From Methanomassiliicoccaceae archaeon (GTDB lineage: Archaea; Thermoplasmatota; Thermoplasmata; Methanomassiliicoccales; Methanomassiliicoccaceae): a stretch of DNA of 64,000 nt. Numbering within the stretch: the stretch's first letter is position 1; every line of letters begins with the position of its first letter. This document shows, piece by piece, positions 31,992-44,470 of this stretch. The stretch lies in assembly GCA_963728405.1 (NCBI GenBank), contig CAVSJV010000017.1, positions 128,001 through 192,000 of the forward strand. Direction: 5' to 3'. The position numbers and the translations under genes are program-made. The notes under the pieces are model-generated. The model was not told where the DNA came from and made no database searches. It saw only the letters and a program-made list of their open reading frames with translations.

Positions 31992-33571
31992 ACGGCTGGA
32001 ACCCTCACACCGGCCATGTGGTCTCCTTCATCGACCTGGGAACGAACTCGGTCCGCATGCTGGTGGTTCGCCTCAATCCCAATTATTCCTACACCGTGAT
32101 AAGCCAGGAAAAGGAGGTCGTCCGTCTGGGGGAGGACGAGTTCACCGACCAGACCCTCAGACGGGATGCCATGGACCGGGCGGTGCTGGTCTGCAAGAAG
32201 TTCGCCGAGCTGTCCCGTACCTACGGGGCGGATGAGATCATCGCGGTCGCGACCTCGGCGGCCCGGGAAGCGACCAACCAGAGCGTGCTGGTAGACCGCA
32301 TGAAGGACGAGGCCGGCCTGGACCTGGGGGTCATCTCGGGCATGGAAGAGGCCCGCCTCATCTACCTGGGCGTGAGCTCGGGTATCGACCTGGGGAGCAA
32401 GACAGCGCTGTTCATCGACATCGGAGGAGGTAGCACTGAGCTAGTGGTCGGTGACCAAGACAACTACTCTTTCCTAGATAGTCTGAAGCTCGGAGCGATC
32501 CGCATGACCACCATGTTCATCCCCGAAGGGCACAAGGGCCCGGTGGACGACGGTACATACAACAAGATGAAGCGACACGCCCGCGGGCTGGTGGTGCACA
32601 CGGTCAAGACGGTGTCCAAGAGCAAGATCGACATGACCGTGGGCAGCTCGGGCTCGATCATGAGCCTGGCGGAGATGTGCACCCGGGCCTACAACGGCAA
32701 GCCGGGTTTCCTTCGCCTCTCCCAGCTCAAGAAGATCACCACCATGCTGCGGTCCCTTCCGCTGGAGGCCCGCAAGGCGGTCCCGGGGATGAACCCAGAG
32801 CGGGCGGACATCATCATCGGAGGAGCGGCGGTCCTGGAGACGCTGATGGAGGAGCTCAAGATCGAGGAGCTCGCCGTCAGCGACCGGGGGGCCCAGAACG
32901 GCCTGCTGGTCGACTACCTATCGAGGATCGAGGGATACCCCCATGCCAAGAGGATGTCGGTCCGCGAGACGAGCGTGCTCCAGCTGGGCCGATCATGCAA
33001 CATCGACGAGCATCACGCCGAGACGGTGGTCAAGCTGGCCCTAGAGCTGTTCGACAGCGCCAAGACCATCGGGCTTCACGACCTCGGGAGGAAGGAGCGG
33101 GAGCTGTTGAAGTACGCCGCCTATCTCCACGATGTCGGGGACTTCATCTCCTTCACCAATCACCATGCTCATTCATACTACATCGTCAGGAACGCCGATC
33201 TGCTGGGGTTCGAGTCCAAGGAGATCGCCATGATGGCCGACCTGGTTCGGTATCACCGCAAGCGCCCACCCCGCCGCAAGGACCCTGAATTGGAGGACCT
33301 GGATGACCGGACGCAACAGAAGGTCATCACCATGGCGGCGTTCATGCGGCTGGCCGAGACGCTGGACCGCAGCCATGCTAACCTAGTAAGCTCGGTGGGA
33401 CTGCGTAAGAACGGCAAGGATGTTGTGCTAGAGGTCGCTGCCGACGCCGACGTATCGCTGGAGATATGGGGCGTGGAGGGGGACTGCAGAGCGTTCAAGC
33501 GCGCCTTCGACAAGGACCTCAAGATCGAGGTGAAGGACCCTAGCAACGGTTATGCCTCTGCCGCCCACTAA
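31988..33571 (+). CDS. ppx: Exopolyphosphatase Ppx/GppA with C-terminal HD domain
   Basis: [57 protein letters not shown]. Confidence 0.95.
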   Translation: MNGWNPHTGHVVSFIDLGTNSVRMLVVRLNPNYSYTVISQEKEVVRLGEDEFTDQTLRRDAMDRAVLVCKKFAELSRTYGADEIIAVATSAAREATNQSVLVDRMKDEAGLDLGVISGMEEARLIYLGVSSGIDLGSKTALFIDIGGGSTELVVGDQDNYSFLDSLKLGAIRMTTMFIPEGHKGPVDDGTYNKMKRHARGLVVHTVKTVSKSKIDMTVGSSGSIMSLAEMCTRAYNGKPGFLRLSQLKKITTMLRSLPLEARKAVPGMNPERADIIIGGAAVLETLMEELKIEELAVSDRGAQNGLLVDYLSRIEGYPHAKRMSVRETSVLQLGRSCNIDEHHAETVVKLALELFDSAKTIGLHDLGRKERELLKYAAYLHDVGDFISFTNHHAHSYYIVRNADLLGFESKEIAMMADLVRYHRKRPPRRKDPELEDLDDRTQQKVITMAAFMRLAETLDRSHANLVSSVGLRKNGKDVVLEVAADADVSLEIWGVEGDCRAFKRAFDKDLKIEVKDPSNGYASAAH

Positions 33572-34036
33572 TGGAGAGCATGAACGGTCCGCTCCAGGAT
33601 TACAAGCAAAAGAGAGACTTCACTAGGACCCCTGAGCCCCCCGAGGGCGGCGAGCATGCCGAGCCGTTCTTCGTGGTGCAGGACCACCAAGCCTCCAGTC
33701 ACCATCATGACTTCAGATTGCTGCTGGACGGCGTGCTGAAGAGCTGGGCGGTGCCCAAGGGCGTCCCTGAGCAGCTCAAGGTAAAGCGGCTGGCGGTGCA
33801 GACCGAGGACCACCCCGTGGCCTATGGTTCGTTCGAAGGAGCGATCCCTCCCGGCGAATACGGAGCGGGGGAGGTCAATATCTTCGACCGAGGGGGCATT
33901 TGAGCTCCTCGACAGGGATGATAGCAAGATCGTCGTGCAGCTCAAGGGGTCCAAGCTCAAGGGCATCTACGCCCTGATCCGGTTCAAAGGACAAGGGAAC
34001 AAGTCAAAGAACTGGCTCATTATGAAAACCCACTGA
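33571..34036 (+). CDS. Stand-alone LigD-type DNA 3'-phosphoesterase (PE) domain protein, frameshift near 33895
   Basis: Y..KRDF.RTPEP, FVVQ.H.A...[35 protein letters not shown]; C-terminus LKG.YALI..NWLIMK in the second frame. Confidence 0.9.
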
Positions 34037-34072
34037 AAAATAAAGGAAGGGGTTTGGTCTATAAAGTCGGGT

Positions 34073-34288
34073 CTAGCCCTTCTTCATGATCTTCATCCAG
34101 CCGCCGCTCTCAAAGACGCCAAGTCCCCTGGATTTGAGGGTCTTTTCGAAGTCATCCCACGGGATGATCTCAAGGCGGTCGTTGGACCCCTTAGTGAACT
34201 GGATACCATTCGTTCCCTTTACCCTACCGGGCTTCAGACCCTTCTTCTTTGCAATTTCCTTGGCCTTATCGACGTTAATTTGCTCCAT
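34073..34288 (-). CDS. Small basic hypothetical protein
   Basis: 71-aa Lys-rich ORF with aggaggg RBS upstream. Confidence 0.7.
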   Translation of the reverse strand: MEQINVDKAKEIAKKKGLKPGRVKGTNGIQFTKGSNDRLEIIPWDDFEKTLKSRGLGVFESGGWMKIMKKG

Positions 34289-34551
34289 GACCAATGATTT
34301 CCCTCCTGTGCTCTTTTGGGCTATGTTGGCCATACGACCCAGATAGTAATGGCCCAGTCGCATATATAATATTTATCCTATATTGTTGTTGAGCCAGTAT
34401 CCCGAACAAGCCCTCAAAACGCCCTTTTTGACGCTTTTTTAGGTAGAATCACAATAATGTCTGGCCCACATTATTATGAAAGCTGTAACCAAATTTTTGG
34501 TCGCCAATAGTTTTATTCAGGCCTCGTATACTTCTGGATTGGCTTGAGCAC

Positions 34552-35853
34552 ATGTCCTTGTTCGGTTCATCGGGTATCAGAGGGGTAATAGGTCAGGGAT
34601 TCACCCCTGAGCTAGCGGTCAGCATTGGGGAAGCGGTCGGCAACATGAACGGTAGGATCGTTCTGGGACGGGACACCCGGACCAGCGGGCCCATGGTGGT
34701 GCAAGCGCTTACCGCCGGGGCGACCTCGGTGGGGGCGGACATCCATGACGTCGGGATGGTTTCAACGCCAACCCTGGCAAGAGCGGCCGCGGAATTCGAT
34801 TGTGGCCTCATGGTCACTGCCTCCCACAACCCCTCCCAGTACAATGGGGTCAAGATGTGGAATCCCGACGGTTCTTCCTTTGACACCATCCAGATGAACG
34901 ATGTTGAGAACTGCATCATCAATCATTCCGCCGAGCCGAAGAGCTGGCGGCACGTGGGCTTGAGCTACCGCGCCGAAGGCGCGATGGAGGGCCATGTCAG
35001 TGCCATCCTCAGGTCGCTGGACTCGGCATCCTCCAAGGTGGTGCTGGACTGTGGCAACGGGGCCGCCTTCGAAGTGAGTCCCCGAGCATTGAGGGCCCTG
35101 GGCTGCCAGGTGACCACCTTGAACTGCCAGGCCGATGGATTCTTTCCAGGCCGGACCCCTGAGCCTACCGAGGACCAGCTCGCTGACCTCAAGGAGCTGG
35201 TGGTAAGTAAGGGAGCGGACGTGGGCATCGCCCATGATGGTGATGGGGACCGCATGGTGGCCGTTGACGATAGGGGGCGCTTCATCGACGGGGACCGCTT
35301 GATCGCGCTCTTCGCCACCTCGCTCCATGTCCGTGGCATCGTCGCCCCCATGGACGCGTCGATGGTCCTGGATGATATCGTGGACAAGGTCGTTCGCTGC
35401 AAGGTCGGGGATGTCTACGTGGCCGAGGCTCTGAAACAGAGCGGCCTGGAGTTCGGCGGGGAGCCTTCGGGCACCTATATCTTCCCGAAGGAGACGTTCT
35501 GCCCGGATGGCGTCTATGCCGGCGCGCTGCTGGCCAAGATAGCTACAGAACACACCCTGTCCGATATGATCGATGCGTTGCCATCCTATCCGGTTAAACG
35601 GGATTCTTACAAGTTCGAGGCCCGCCACCGCAATGAGGTGGAGAGCACCCTGGCCACCGCGTCGGAAGGGCTGGACTGCGATCGCCTGCTCACCATGGAT
35701 GGCTATCGGGCGGAGTACCCTGACGGATGGTTCCTGGTCCGCCTGTCCGGCACCGAGCCGAAGCTCCGGTTGACCGTTGAGGCGAGGGACCGGGAGGAGC
35801 TGAAGCGGCTCTCGGATATCGCGACGGACCTGATCGGGAGGTGCCTGAGATGA
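34552..35853 (+). CDS. glmM: Phosphoglucosamine mutase / phosphohexomutase
   Basis: FGSSGIRG, TASHNP, AHDGDGDR, GGEPSG, VRLSGTEP. Confidence 0.9.
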   Translation: MSLFGSSGIRGVIGQGFTPELAVSIGEAVGNMNGRIVLGRDTRTSGPMVVQALTAGATSVGADIHDVGMVSTPTLARAAAEFDCGLMVTASHNPSQYNGVKMWNPDGSSFDTIQMNDVENCIINHSAEPKSWRHVGLSYRAEGAMEGHVSAILRSLDSASSKVVLDCGNGAAFEVSPRALRALGCQVTTLNCQADGFFPGRTPEPTEDQLADLKELVVSKGADVGIAHDGDGDRMVAVDDRGRFIDGDRLIALFATSLHVRGIVAPMDASMVLDDIVDKVVRCKVGDVYVAEALKQSGLEFGGEPSGTYIFPKETFCPDGVYAGALLAKIATEHTLSDMIDALPSYPVKRDSYKFEARHRNEVESTLATASEGLDCDRLLTMDGYRAEYPDGWFLVRLSGTEPKLRLTVEARDREELKRLSDIATDLIGRCLR

Positions 35854-37077
35854 AGGCGCTCGTCCTAGCCGCAGGTGAGGGGACCAGGTTACGCCCCCTG
35901 ACCACGAACATCCCGAAGCCGTTATTGCTGGTGGCCGGCCAGCCGTTCATGTCCCACGTCCTGGAAGCCCTGTCCGCCCTGGACATCAAGGACATCTACA
36001 TCCTGGTCGGGTGGAAGGCCAACAAGATCAAGGAGTACTATGGGGACGGCTCCCGGTTAGGCCTGAGGATCAACTACCTGGAGCAGAAGGAGCGCATGGG
36101 CACGGCCCACGCCATCGGCTGCGCCGGGGGCTCCATCGACGAGCCGTTCGTTTGCGTTAACGGCGACGTGGTCATGTTCGAATCGGACCTCCGTAGGATG
36201 CTGGAACGGCACAAGGCGACCGGGAGCACGGTCATGGGCGCAGTGACCGTGCCGGACCCGGAAAGGTTCGGGGTCATCGAGGCCAATGAGGCCCGGCTCG
36301 ATCAAGATCCACGAGAAGCCAAAGGCGCCCCCTACCAATCTCATAAATGCCGGTGCGTTCGTCTTCAACCCGGAGATCTTCGAACGCATCAAGGCCACTC
36401 CCAAATCGGTGAGGGGGGAGTACGAGATCACCGACACCCTGAACGCTCTGGCCATCAACGGTGATGTGTACATCGAGCGCCTGAGCGAGGGGTGGATCGA
36501 CGTGGGCCGCCCCTGGGACCTGTTGCAGGCCAATGAGATACTCATGGCCCACCTCAAGCGCCGGATCGAGGGGACAGTGGAACAGGGAGCGACACTGAAG
36601 GGCGAGGTCGTAGTGGAGAAGGGCGCCCTGGTCCGCTCGGGTGCGTACATCGAGGGGCCGGTCTATATCTCGGAGGGTTGTGACGTCGGGCCGAACTGCT
36701 ATATCCGGCCGTCCACCTGCCTGGGCCCGGGGGTCAGGATCGGTGCCTCGGTGGAGGTGAAGAACTCCATTATCATGGCCAAGACCCACGTCCCCCACCA
36801 CAACTATTTGGGGGACAGCCTGGTAGGGGAGAGGTGCAACTTCGGGGCCGGTACCAAGGTCGCTAACCTCCGTTTCGATGACCGCACGGTGAAGGTCACA
36901 TTCAAGGGAGAGCTCATAGATTCCGGCCGCAGGAAGCTGGGAGTCATAATGGGTGACGATGTCAAGACCGGCATCAATGCTATGATCGACCCCGGGACCA
37001 TCATCTTCGAGAACTCCATCGTGGGGCCGGGAGCGATCGTCCGCGGCAACATAGGGCCGGGCAGCAAGATGCTCTAG
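35850..37077 (+). CDS. glmU: Bifunctional sugar-1-phosphate nucleotidyltransferase/acetyltransferase, frameshift near 36290
   Basis: LAAGEGTRLRPLT..PKPL, GTAHAI, RGEYEITD, hexapeptide repeats, NFGAGTKVANLRFD. Confidence 0.88.
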
Positions 37078-37454
37078 AGCACTTCCAGCTGCACGGTGTC
37101 ACCCTTGTAGTCATAGGCCCGCCAGCTCCGCATATCGTAGGGAAGGCAGGTGATGATGTGGGTGTTCCCGAAATTGCCGAACAGATGCAGGTCGGCGTCC
37201 GACGGCCGGTTGGAGGGTCCCGGATGCGAGTGCACCGTGCCGACCACGCTGAGGTCGATGGGGAGCATGTTCAGCTGCATGAACGCGGAGTGCTCGTTGG
37301 CATAGGAGCCAGGGAACAGCAATATCTCCGTTATCACGCCCTTTTCGGCCCGTAGAGCGGCCACGAACTCTTTCGGGTAGGAGCCTTTGGCCGCCTCGTT
37401 GACCATCTCGAGGACGTCCGCCTCGATCCCCCAGGTCTTGCGCTTCCCAGTCAT
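37074..37454 (-). CDS. JAMM/MPN+ metalloprotease
   Basis: YPKEF; GTVHSHP...PSDADL (E-HxH-S-D). Confidence 0.9.
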   Translation of the reverse strand: MTGKRKTWGIEADVLEMVNEAAKGSYPKEFVAALRAEKGVITEILLFPGSYANEHSAFMQLNMLPIDLSVVGTVHSHPGPSNRPSDADLHLFGNFGNTHIITCLPYDMRSWRAYDYKGDTVQLEVL

Positions 37455-39035
37455 GGCGAGCAGACCAGCTTCTCACGCATGCGCTTGTAGAAGCCCCTCT
37501 CGAAGCGCACGAACCGGCTCTTCTTCTCGGACAGACAGAACTCGGTCATCTCATCGCCGTCGAGGCTCCTCTCATGCTGTCCGTCGATCACGCACAGGCA
37601 GGGTTTCGGACGCGCCAGCTCCAGGCGCACCTTCGACGATGCCGGGATCACCAGCGGTCGGGTGGCGAACTTGAACGGTGCCATCGGAGCGATCACAAAG
37701 GCGTCGACCCGCGGGTCGATGATCGGCCCGCCCACGGCCATAGCATAGCAGGTGGAACCGGTCGGGGTGGCGACGATTATACCATCGGCCCGAACGTCCA
37801 TGGCCAGCTGATCGTCCACATAAACCTGGAAATGGCGGATCTTGGCGATGTGGGCTGTATGCACCGCCGCCTCATTGGTCGCGTCGTACAATCTCTGGCC
37901 GGCGACCCTGGTGGCCATCTTGATCCGCTCCTCGATGAAGAAGTCCTCGTTCAACAGCCGCTTGATGCCGGCCTTCAGCTCTGTATCCCCAGTGATCTCG
38001 GTCAGGAAGCCCAGCGCCCCGGCATTGATGCCGAAGATGGGGGCGGGGGTCCTTTGGAGCGAGCGCAGGATCGTGCCGTCTCCTCCGACCGTCACCAGGA
38101 CATCAATGTCCATGTCCTCGATGGCCATCCCCTCCTTGCCGAACAGACGGGCTATACCTGATTCCAGGACCACTTCCTGCCCCTTGAGCTGCGCTCAGGA
38201 CCTCCCTGCTCACCTTGATGGCCTCAGGTATCTCCGAGTTCGCCGTAATGCCCAGCCTCATAGCAGCATCTCCTTTACCCTGACGTCACCATAGGCAAGG
38301 AAGTTGCTCCTCGCCGCGAGGGTCGAACGGCATGTCCAGGATCTTTCCCTCCAGGTCAACGATCTCTCCGCCCGCCTCCCTTAGGATGAGCGCGCTGGCG
38401 GCTATGTCCACTACCCTTATGCCCTTCTCGAACGGCTCGGTGTTGAAGTAATAAGCGTCGAACCGTCCCTGCGCCACCAGGGACATCTCCAGCGAGGCGC
38501 AGCCCAGGGCCCGCACCCGGGCCGAGTGCTTGACCAGCTCGATCGTTCGAGGGTGAACGAACCGGCCCAGATCGAATAGCATGGCCGGTTCGGCGTTCTC
38601 GAACGTTCCTGACACGTGGATCTTGCGCCCGTTCAGGCTCGCTCCCCCGCCTCTCTGCGCCAGGTACAGATCATCGTTGACCAGGTCCAAGAGGACGGCG
38701 TGCTCGACCCCCAGGAGCGAGCCCCGGCCCGACCGCCAATGAGACGCTGTACATCGGCACACCCAGTACCGAGTTGTGGGTGCCGTCGATCGGATCGACC
38801 ACCAGCGTGTCCGGGTACCCCCGGTCCAACAGGCCGACCTCTTCGCTCAGGATGTAACCGGCAGGTCCATCTCCTTAACCTCTTCCAGGATGATGTCCTC
38901 GGCCACCTTGTCGATGCTCGAGGTAGGGGTGCCGTCGGCCCCTATGTACAGTTCCTTGCCCCGGTCGAAGTCCTCCGGCAGGGCTCGCACCGCGTCCCTC
39001 ACCAACATCGCGATCCGTTCCAGCTCCTGGCGCAT
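37451..39035 (-). CDS. Bifunctional inositol monophosphatase-like NADP phosphatase / NAD kinase, several indels
   Basis: GADGTPT..ID..AE, DP.DGT, RALGCASLE, RVVDIAA (IMPase-like); GGDGTIL, GIN.G.LGFL, NE, DGIIVATPTGST.Y (NAD kinase). Confidence 0.85.
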
Positions 39036-39134
39036 CGCTTGTGGTAACGCACCCCTCGTTTTAAAAAATATGCCCGGTAGAAACGGTTTTAACCAAGTCG
39101 TTACGTAGAATAGCCAGGAAGTCAGGTGGTTCGT

Positions 39135-39514
39135 ATGGCCGAGGAGTTCAGACCGCTCATATCTCCCATTGTGATGATCGACCACGACCGGGAGAAGTAC
39201 AAGATACAGGTAGAGTTGCCAGGGGTGAAAAAGGGCGACATCAATCTGGAGGTCTCCGAGAGCAGCTTCTGCATCCATGCCGAACGGGATGACGCGGCGA
39301 TCACCGGTTGCTACTTCCTCGCCCATCCGGTGAACGTGGAGGCGACCGACGCGGCCTTCGATGGCAGCATGCTCAACGTGGAGATCCCGTTCAAAGTGCC
39401 CATCAAGGGCAAAAGGATCGATGTCCGGGACGGGACCTTGGACATCGGGCAGCCGGACCCCGGAAGATCGAGCTCAGGGAAGGACGTGGGAGCACCCGCA
39501 TCGGGACCCAGTAG
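39135..39514 (+). CDS. Small heat-shock protein (Hsp20), probable frameshift near 39460
   Basis: VELPGVKK.DI.L, A.F..GML.V.IP; likely tail RKIEL in the second frame. Confidence 0.8.
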
Positions 39515-39810
39515 CTTACCTGCTGCTGACCCGGGGGAGCGCCCCTCCGACCTCTGCCAGAACGCTGCGGACGCTGCCCGCAGAGCCTACTCCCAAGCTC
39601 GATATCTTGCTGCCGCCTTAGGAAGGCCCGATTTCACCAGCTCATGGTAGGGTCTATCCTCGGCCCGCCCCCGCTAATACCAATTTTCGCCATTGGACGG
39701 TCGACATGCGGACATCCAGAAGGCCACGTACCAACACTAAATAAAATGAGAATCAGTTTTGACCCCTCCTACCGCAGCTATTTATCCCTCAGTGCATTAT
39801 TTTCGTTCAG

Positions 39811-40473
39811 ATGAGCGAGCCCAGCATGCAGAGGACCAAGTTCGAGGGCGTCTTCACCGACGGGGAGCGATTATACACCAGGAACTCCGCTCCCGGCAAG
39901 ACCGTGTACGGGGAGAGGCTGGTCAACCACGATGGCGTCCAGTACCGGGAATGGGTCCCTACCCGCAGCAAGCTCGCCGCCTACATCAGGGCCGGAGGGA
40001 CGGTCTTCCCGTTCCGAGGGGACACTCGGGTCCTGTACCTGGGAGCGGCCAGCGGGACGACCGCCAGCCACATCGCGGACATCGTTACCGAGGGTGCGGT
40101 GTACTGCATAGAGTTCTCGCCCCGTTCCTTCCGGGACCTCGTCCCGGTGTGCGAGTCCAGGCCGAACATGGTGCCGTTCCTCGCGGACGCCACCAAGCCG
40201 CAGGAATATGCCTTCGGCGTGAGCGGCGTGGATGTGGTGTACCAGGACATCGCTCAGAAGGGGCAGGCCCAGATCTTCCTGAAGAACTACAAGGAGTTCT
40301 TGGCGAAGAGCGGGTTGCTGGTCATTAAGTCCCGCTCCGAGGATGTTGCCCAGGAGCCTACCCGCGTCTATGAAGGGGCGAGAAAGCAGCTACAGGCCGC
40401 CGGCCTGCAGGTGAAGGAAGTGGTCCAGCTAGATCCGATGGAAAAGGACCATGCTATGATAGCGGTGATTTGA
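39811..40473 (+). CDS. flpA: Fibrillarin-like 2'-O-methyltransferase
   Basis: VYGE, YREW.P.RSKLAA, VLYLGAASGTTASH, YQDIAQ. Confidence 0.95.
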   Translation: MSEPSMQRTKFEGVFTDGERLYTRNSAPGKTVYGERLVNHDGVQYREWVPTRSKLAAYIRAGGTVFPFRGDTRVLYLGAASGTTASHIADIVTEGAVYCIEFSPRSFRDLVPVCESRPNMVPFLADATKPQEYAFGVSGVDVVYQDIAQKGQAQIFLKNYKEFLAKSGLLVIKSRSEDVAQEPTRVYEGARKQLQAAGLQVKEVVQLDPMEKDHAMIAVI

Positions 40474-40475
40474 CG

Positions 40476-40850
40476 ATGAGATATGTTTACTGCATTGCGT
40501 TCCATGGCGAGGAGTTCGTCATGGTGTTCAACCCTCACAGAGAGGGCTGGGAGATGCCTGGCGGCAAGGTCGAGGAAGGAGAGAGCGATCTGGATGCCAT
40601 GAAGCGGGAGTTCCGCGAGGAGGTCGGCCACGATCTCACCACCACCTCCCACATGGAGCTGCTCGAAGGGACCGTGTACGCCGGCCGGATCGGGGACCGA
40701 GTGAGGGAGGGCGAGATGGATTGGTGCTCGTTCAACGAGCTGCCCGACCAGCTGTCCTTCCCCAAGGTGGAGTACCTCCCATTGATCGCCTGGGCCAGGA
40801 AGGAGCTGACCCAACGACGGGGCGATGATCGCGAGGCCGCACCCGCGTGA
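40476..40850 (+). CDS. NUDIX hydrolase
   Basis: Nudix box PGGKVEEGESDLDAMKREFREEVG. Confidence 0.9.
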   Translation: MRYVYCIAFHGEEFVMVFNPHREGWEMPGGKVEEGESDLDAMKREFREEVGHDLTTTSHMELLEGTVYAGRIGDRVREGEMDWCSFNELPDQLSFPKVEYLPLIAWARKELTQRRGDDREAAPA

Positions 40851-40926
40851 ACATTAAATACTAGGATGGGAATTGGCTTAAACCTCGCCACCTAAACACT
40901 TACAGTTCACAATTTGGAGGATTATT

Positions 40927-41382
40927 ATGGCTCGTATGCACGCCAGGAGGAGGGGCAAGTCGAGGTCCCAGCGACCAATGATCAATGAGAACCCAGCGTG
41001 GGTGCCCCTCAGCAAGGAAGAGATTGAGAACCATATCACCAAGATGGGCAAGGACGGCGTAACTTCAGCCCGGATCGGACTGCTGCTCCGTGACCAGCAT
41101 GCCGTGCCCGATGTCAAGCTCGCCACCGGCAGGACCGTTCTGGACATCCTCAAGGAGAACAACCTTCAGCCGAAGCTCCCTGATGACCTGGTAGCGCTCA
41201 TGAGGACCGCCATCAGCCTGCAGGCCCACCTTATGGAGAACAAGAAGGACCTCGCCAACAAGAGGAACCTTCAGTTGGTGGAGTCCAAGATCCGCCGCAT
41301 CGTGAAGTACTACAAGCGCGAAGGCGCTGTCCCAGCAGACTGGCAGTACTCTATCGCCAACGCCGAACTCCTAATCGAGTGA
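40927..41382 (+). CDS. rps15: 30S ribosomal protein uS15
   Basis: MARMHARRRGKS.S, IG..LRDQ, LQLVESKIRR.VKYYK. Confidence 0.97.
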   Translation: MARMHARRRGKSRSQRPMINENPAWVPLSKEEIENHITKMGKDGVTSARIGLLLRDQHAVPDVKLATGRTVLDILKENNLQPKLPDDLVALMRTAISLQAHLMENKKDLANKRNLQLVESKIRRIVKYYKREGAVPADWQYSIANAELLIE

Positions 41383-41388
41383 TGGCGC

Positions 41389-42750
41389 ATGGAACCAGGC
41401 ACTCCGCTGCCTGACAAACTCCTTTCCCGAATTTCTATTGCCAAGAACGAACTGGACCATTTTTCGGAGGTCCGGGTCGTCTCCCATTATGACGCTGACG
41501 GCATATCGTCAGCGGGCGTGATGTGCAATGCTCTGCTCCGCGCAGGCAAACACTTCCACGCCACCATGACCAAGAACCTCACCGAATCGCTGATCTCCGA
41601 GGTCTCGGGTGGATGCAAGCTCCTTATACTGAGCGATATGGGGTCCTCGTACCTCGAGCAGCTGGAAAAGCTCCCCTGCAAGGTCATCGTGCTCGATCAC
41701 CACTCTCCGTTGAAGGACTCGGAGAAGGTCGTGCACGTCAATCCCCACCTGGCCGGCATTGACGGGATGACCTCGGCATCAGCATCGGCGGTCTGCATGC
41801 TCCTGGCCGTGCACATGGACGAGCGTAACTGGGACCTGCTACCCATCGCCTTCGCCGGAATAGCCGGGGACCGCCAGGCGATTAGGGGCCTGTCCGGTCT
41901 GAACCAGTGGCTTTTCGAAGAGGGGCTGAAGCGCAATGTGGTGGAGGTCCGACCGGGCTCGATGTTGCCCGAGGGGGCGGTCCTTAGCGGACTGGTCGGC
42001 TCGACCGATCCATACGTGATCGGCGTCTCCGGTTCTCCGGAGGGAGCGCGGGGGCTACTGGCCGAGGCGGGCGTCCCCGAGGATGCCGACGCGGACCAGC
42101 TGGACGAGGGGAAGCGCATGAAGCTCTCGTCCCTGCTCGCCCTGAGGCTCACCGCTCAAGGCGCACCGGCCAGTACATTGGATGAGATCGTCCACGACCG
42201 CTATTATTTCCCCAGCTGGAAGATGAGTGCCGATGGCTTCGCAGGCCTCCTTAACGCGTGCGGCAGGTCCAACAATGAGGGCATAGGGCTATCCCTCACG
42301 CTGGGCGACAGGGGGGCGATGGAAAGGGCCAAGCTGCTCCGCCAAGAGTACGTGGACGAGGTCCAGGTCTCCCTGGCCAACGTCGTCGCCAAAGGTGTGA
42401 CCAGAGCACAGCATATCCAGTACTTCTACAACGACAACATCGGCCTATCCGGCATACTAAGCGGCGTCACCATGCAGTATTTTGGCGACCGCGACAAGGC
42501 CACCCTGGTGCTAGCTTCCACCGGCCAGGAGATCAAGGTCTCCTCCCGTGGGACGTTCGAGCTCATCGAGAAGGGCGTGGACCTCGCGGCAGCGCTACGG
42601 GAAAGCGCCCAGAAGGTCGGCGGCGTAGGGGGCGGCCATCGCATCGCTTCTGGGGCAACCGTGCCACTCGGTCGAGACCGCGAGTTCCTCGAACTTGTCG
42701 ATAAGATGGTCGGAGAGCAAAAGGCCCAGAAAAAAGATCTCTCGAAGTGA
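41389..42750 (+). CDS. DHH/DHHA1 (RecJ-like) phosphoesterase
   Basis: SHYDADG, SDMG, LDHH, LNACGR, GGGH..ASG; typically found after rps15. Confidence 0.9.
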   Translation: MEPGTPLPDKLLSRISIAKNELDHFSEVRVVSHYDADGISSAGVMCNALLRAGKHFHATMTKNLTESLISEVSGGCKLLILSDMGSSYLEQLEKLPCKVIVLDHHSPLKDSEKVVHVNPHLAGIDGMTSASASAVCMLLAVHMDERNWDLLPIAFAGIAGDRQAIRGLSGLNQWLFEEGLKRNVVEVRPGSMLPEGAVLSGLVGSTDPYVIGVSGSPEGARGLLAEAGVPEDADADQLDEGKRMKLSSLLALRLTAQGAPASTLDEIVHDRYYFPSWKMSADGFAGLLNACGRSNNEGIGLSLTLGDRGAMERAKLLRQEYVDEVQVSLANVVAKGVTRAQHIQYFYNDNIGLSGILSGVTMQYFGDRDKATLVLASTGQEIKVSSRGTFELIEKGVDLAAALRESAQKVGGVGGGHRIASGATVPLGRDREFLELVDKMVGEQKAQKKDLSK

Positions 42751-44001
<1,251 letters not shown>

Positions 44002-44101
44002 CCAAATCTCATCCCAATAATGGGAGTATGATTAATAGGTTTTCGTCAGCGTCGCTGTTCTCGCGGTCTACCTATCGGTTATATCCCAGCAATCCGATTC
44101 C

Positions 44102-44470
44102 ATGGTGGATGGGAAAATGGGACAGATAATCAAAGCTCAGTGCAAGGCCTGCGGTTTCCGGTCCGAGGATCTCTATACGGGATTTGGTTTCCAGAACGCG
44201 GGCGATTACTATATGTGGCCGGCGATCTGCCCAAAGTGCCACAGCTTCGCCCTGAAGGACCAGAGGCACCCACCGCAGAACTGCCGGAGGTGCGGGTCGG
44301 AGATGGCGTTCTACGGTTCGGAGGACTTTTCCGCTAAATACTTCTCCGACAGGATGAAGAGCGAGCCGGTGGGCGAGGACCTGTCGCGGGACCTGATGAA
44401 AGGACGTCACGTCTGCCCGGTCTGCAGTAAGGTGGAGATGACCTTCGAAGAGCACGGTGACTGGTCCTGA
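44102..44470 (+). CDS. Hypothetical protein with four CxxC motifs
   Basis: CKAC, CPKC, CRRC, CPVC. Confidence 0.7.
   Translation: MVDGKMGQIIKAQCKACGFRSEDLYTGFGFQNAGDYYMWPAICPKCHSFALKDQRHPPQNCRRCGSEMAFYGSEDFSAKYFSDRMKSEPVGEDLSRDLMKGRHVCPVCSKVEMTFEEHGDWS

Noticed and set aside
37074-37077. Convergent glmU and JAMM genes sharing CTAG as both stop codons
   Set aside because: A common compact overlap; no function implied
39515-39700. RNase P or SRP RNA
   Set aside because: I could not find the RNase P GAGGAAAGUCC core or the SRP helix-8 motif on either strand
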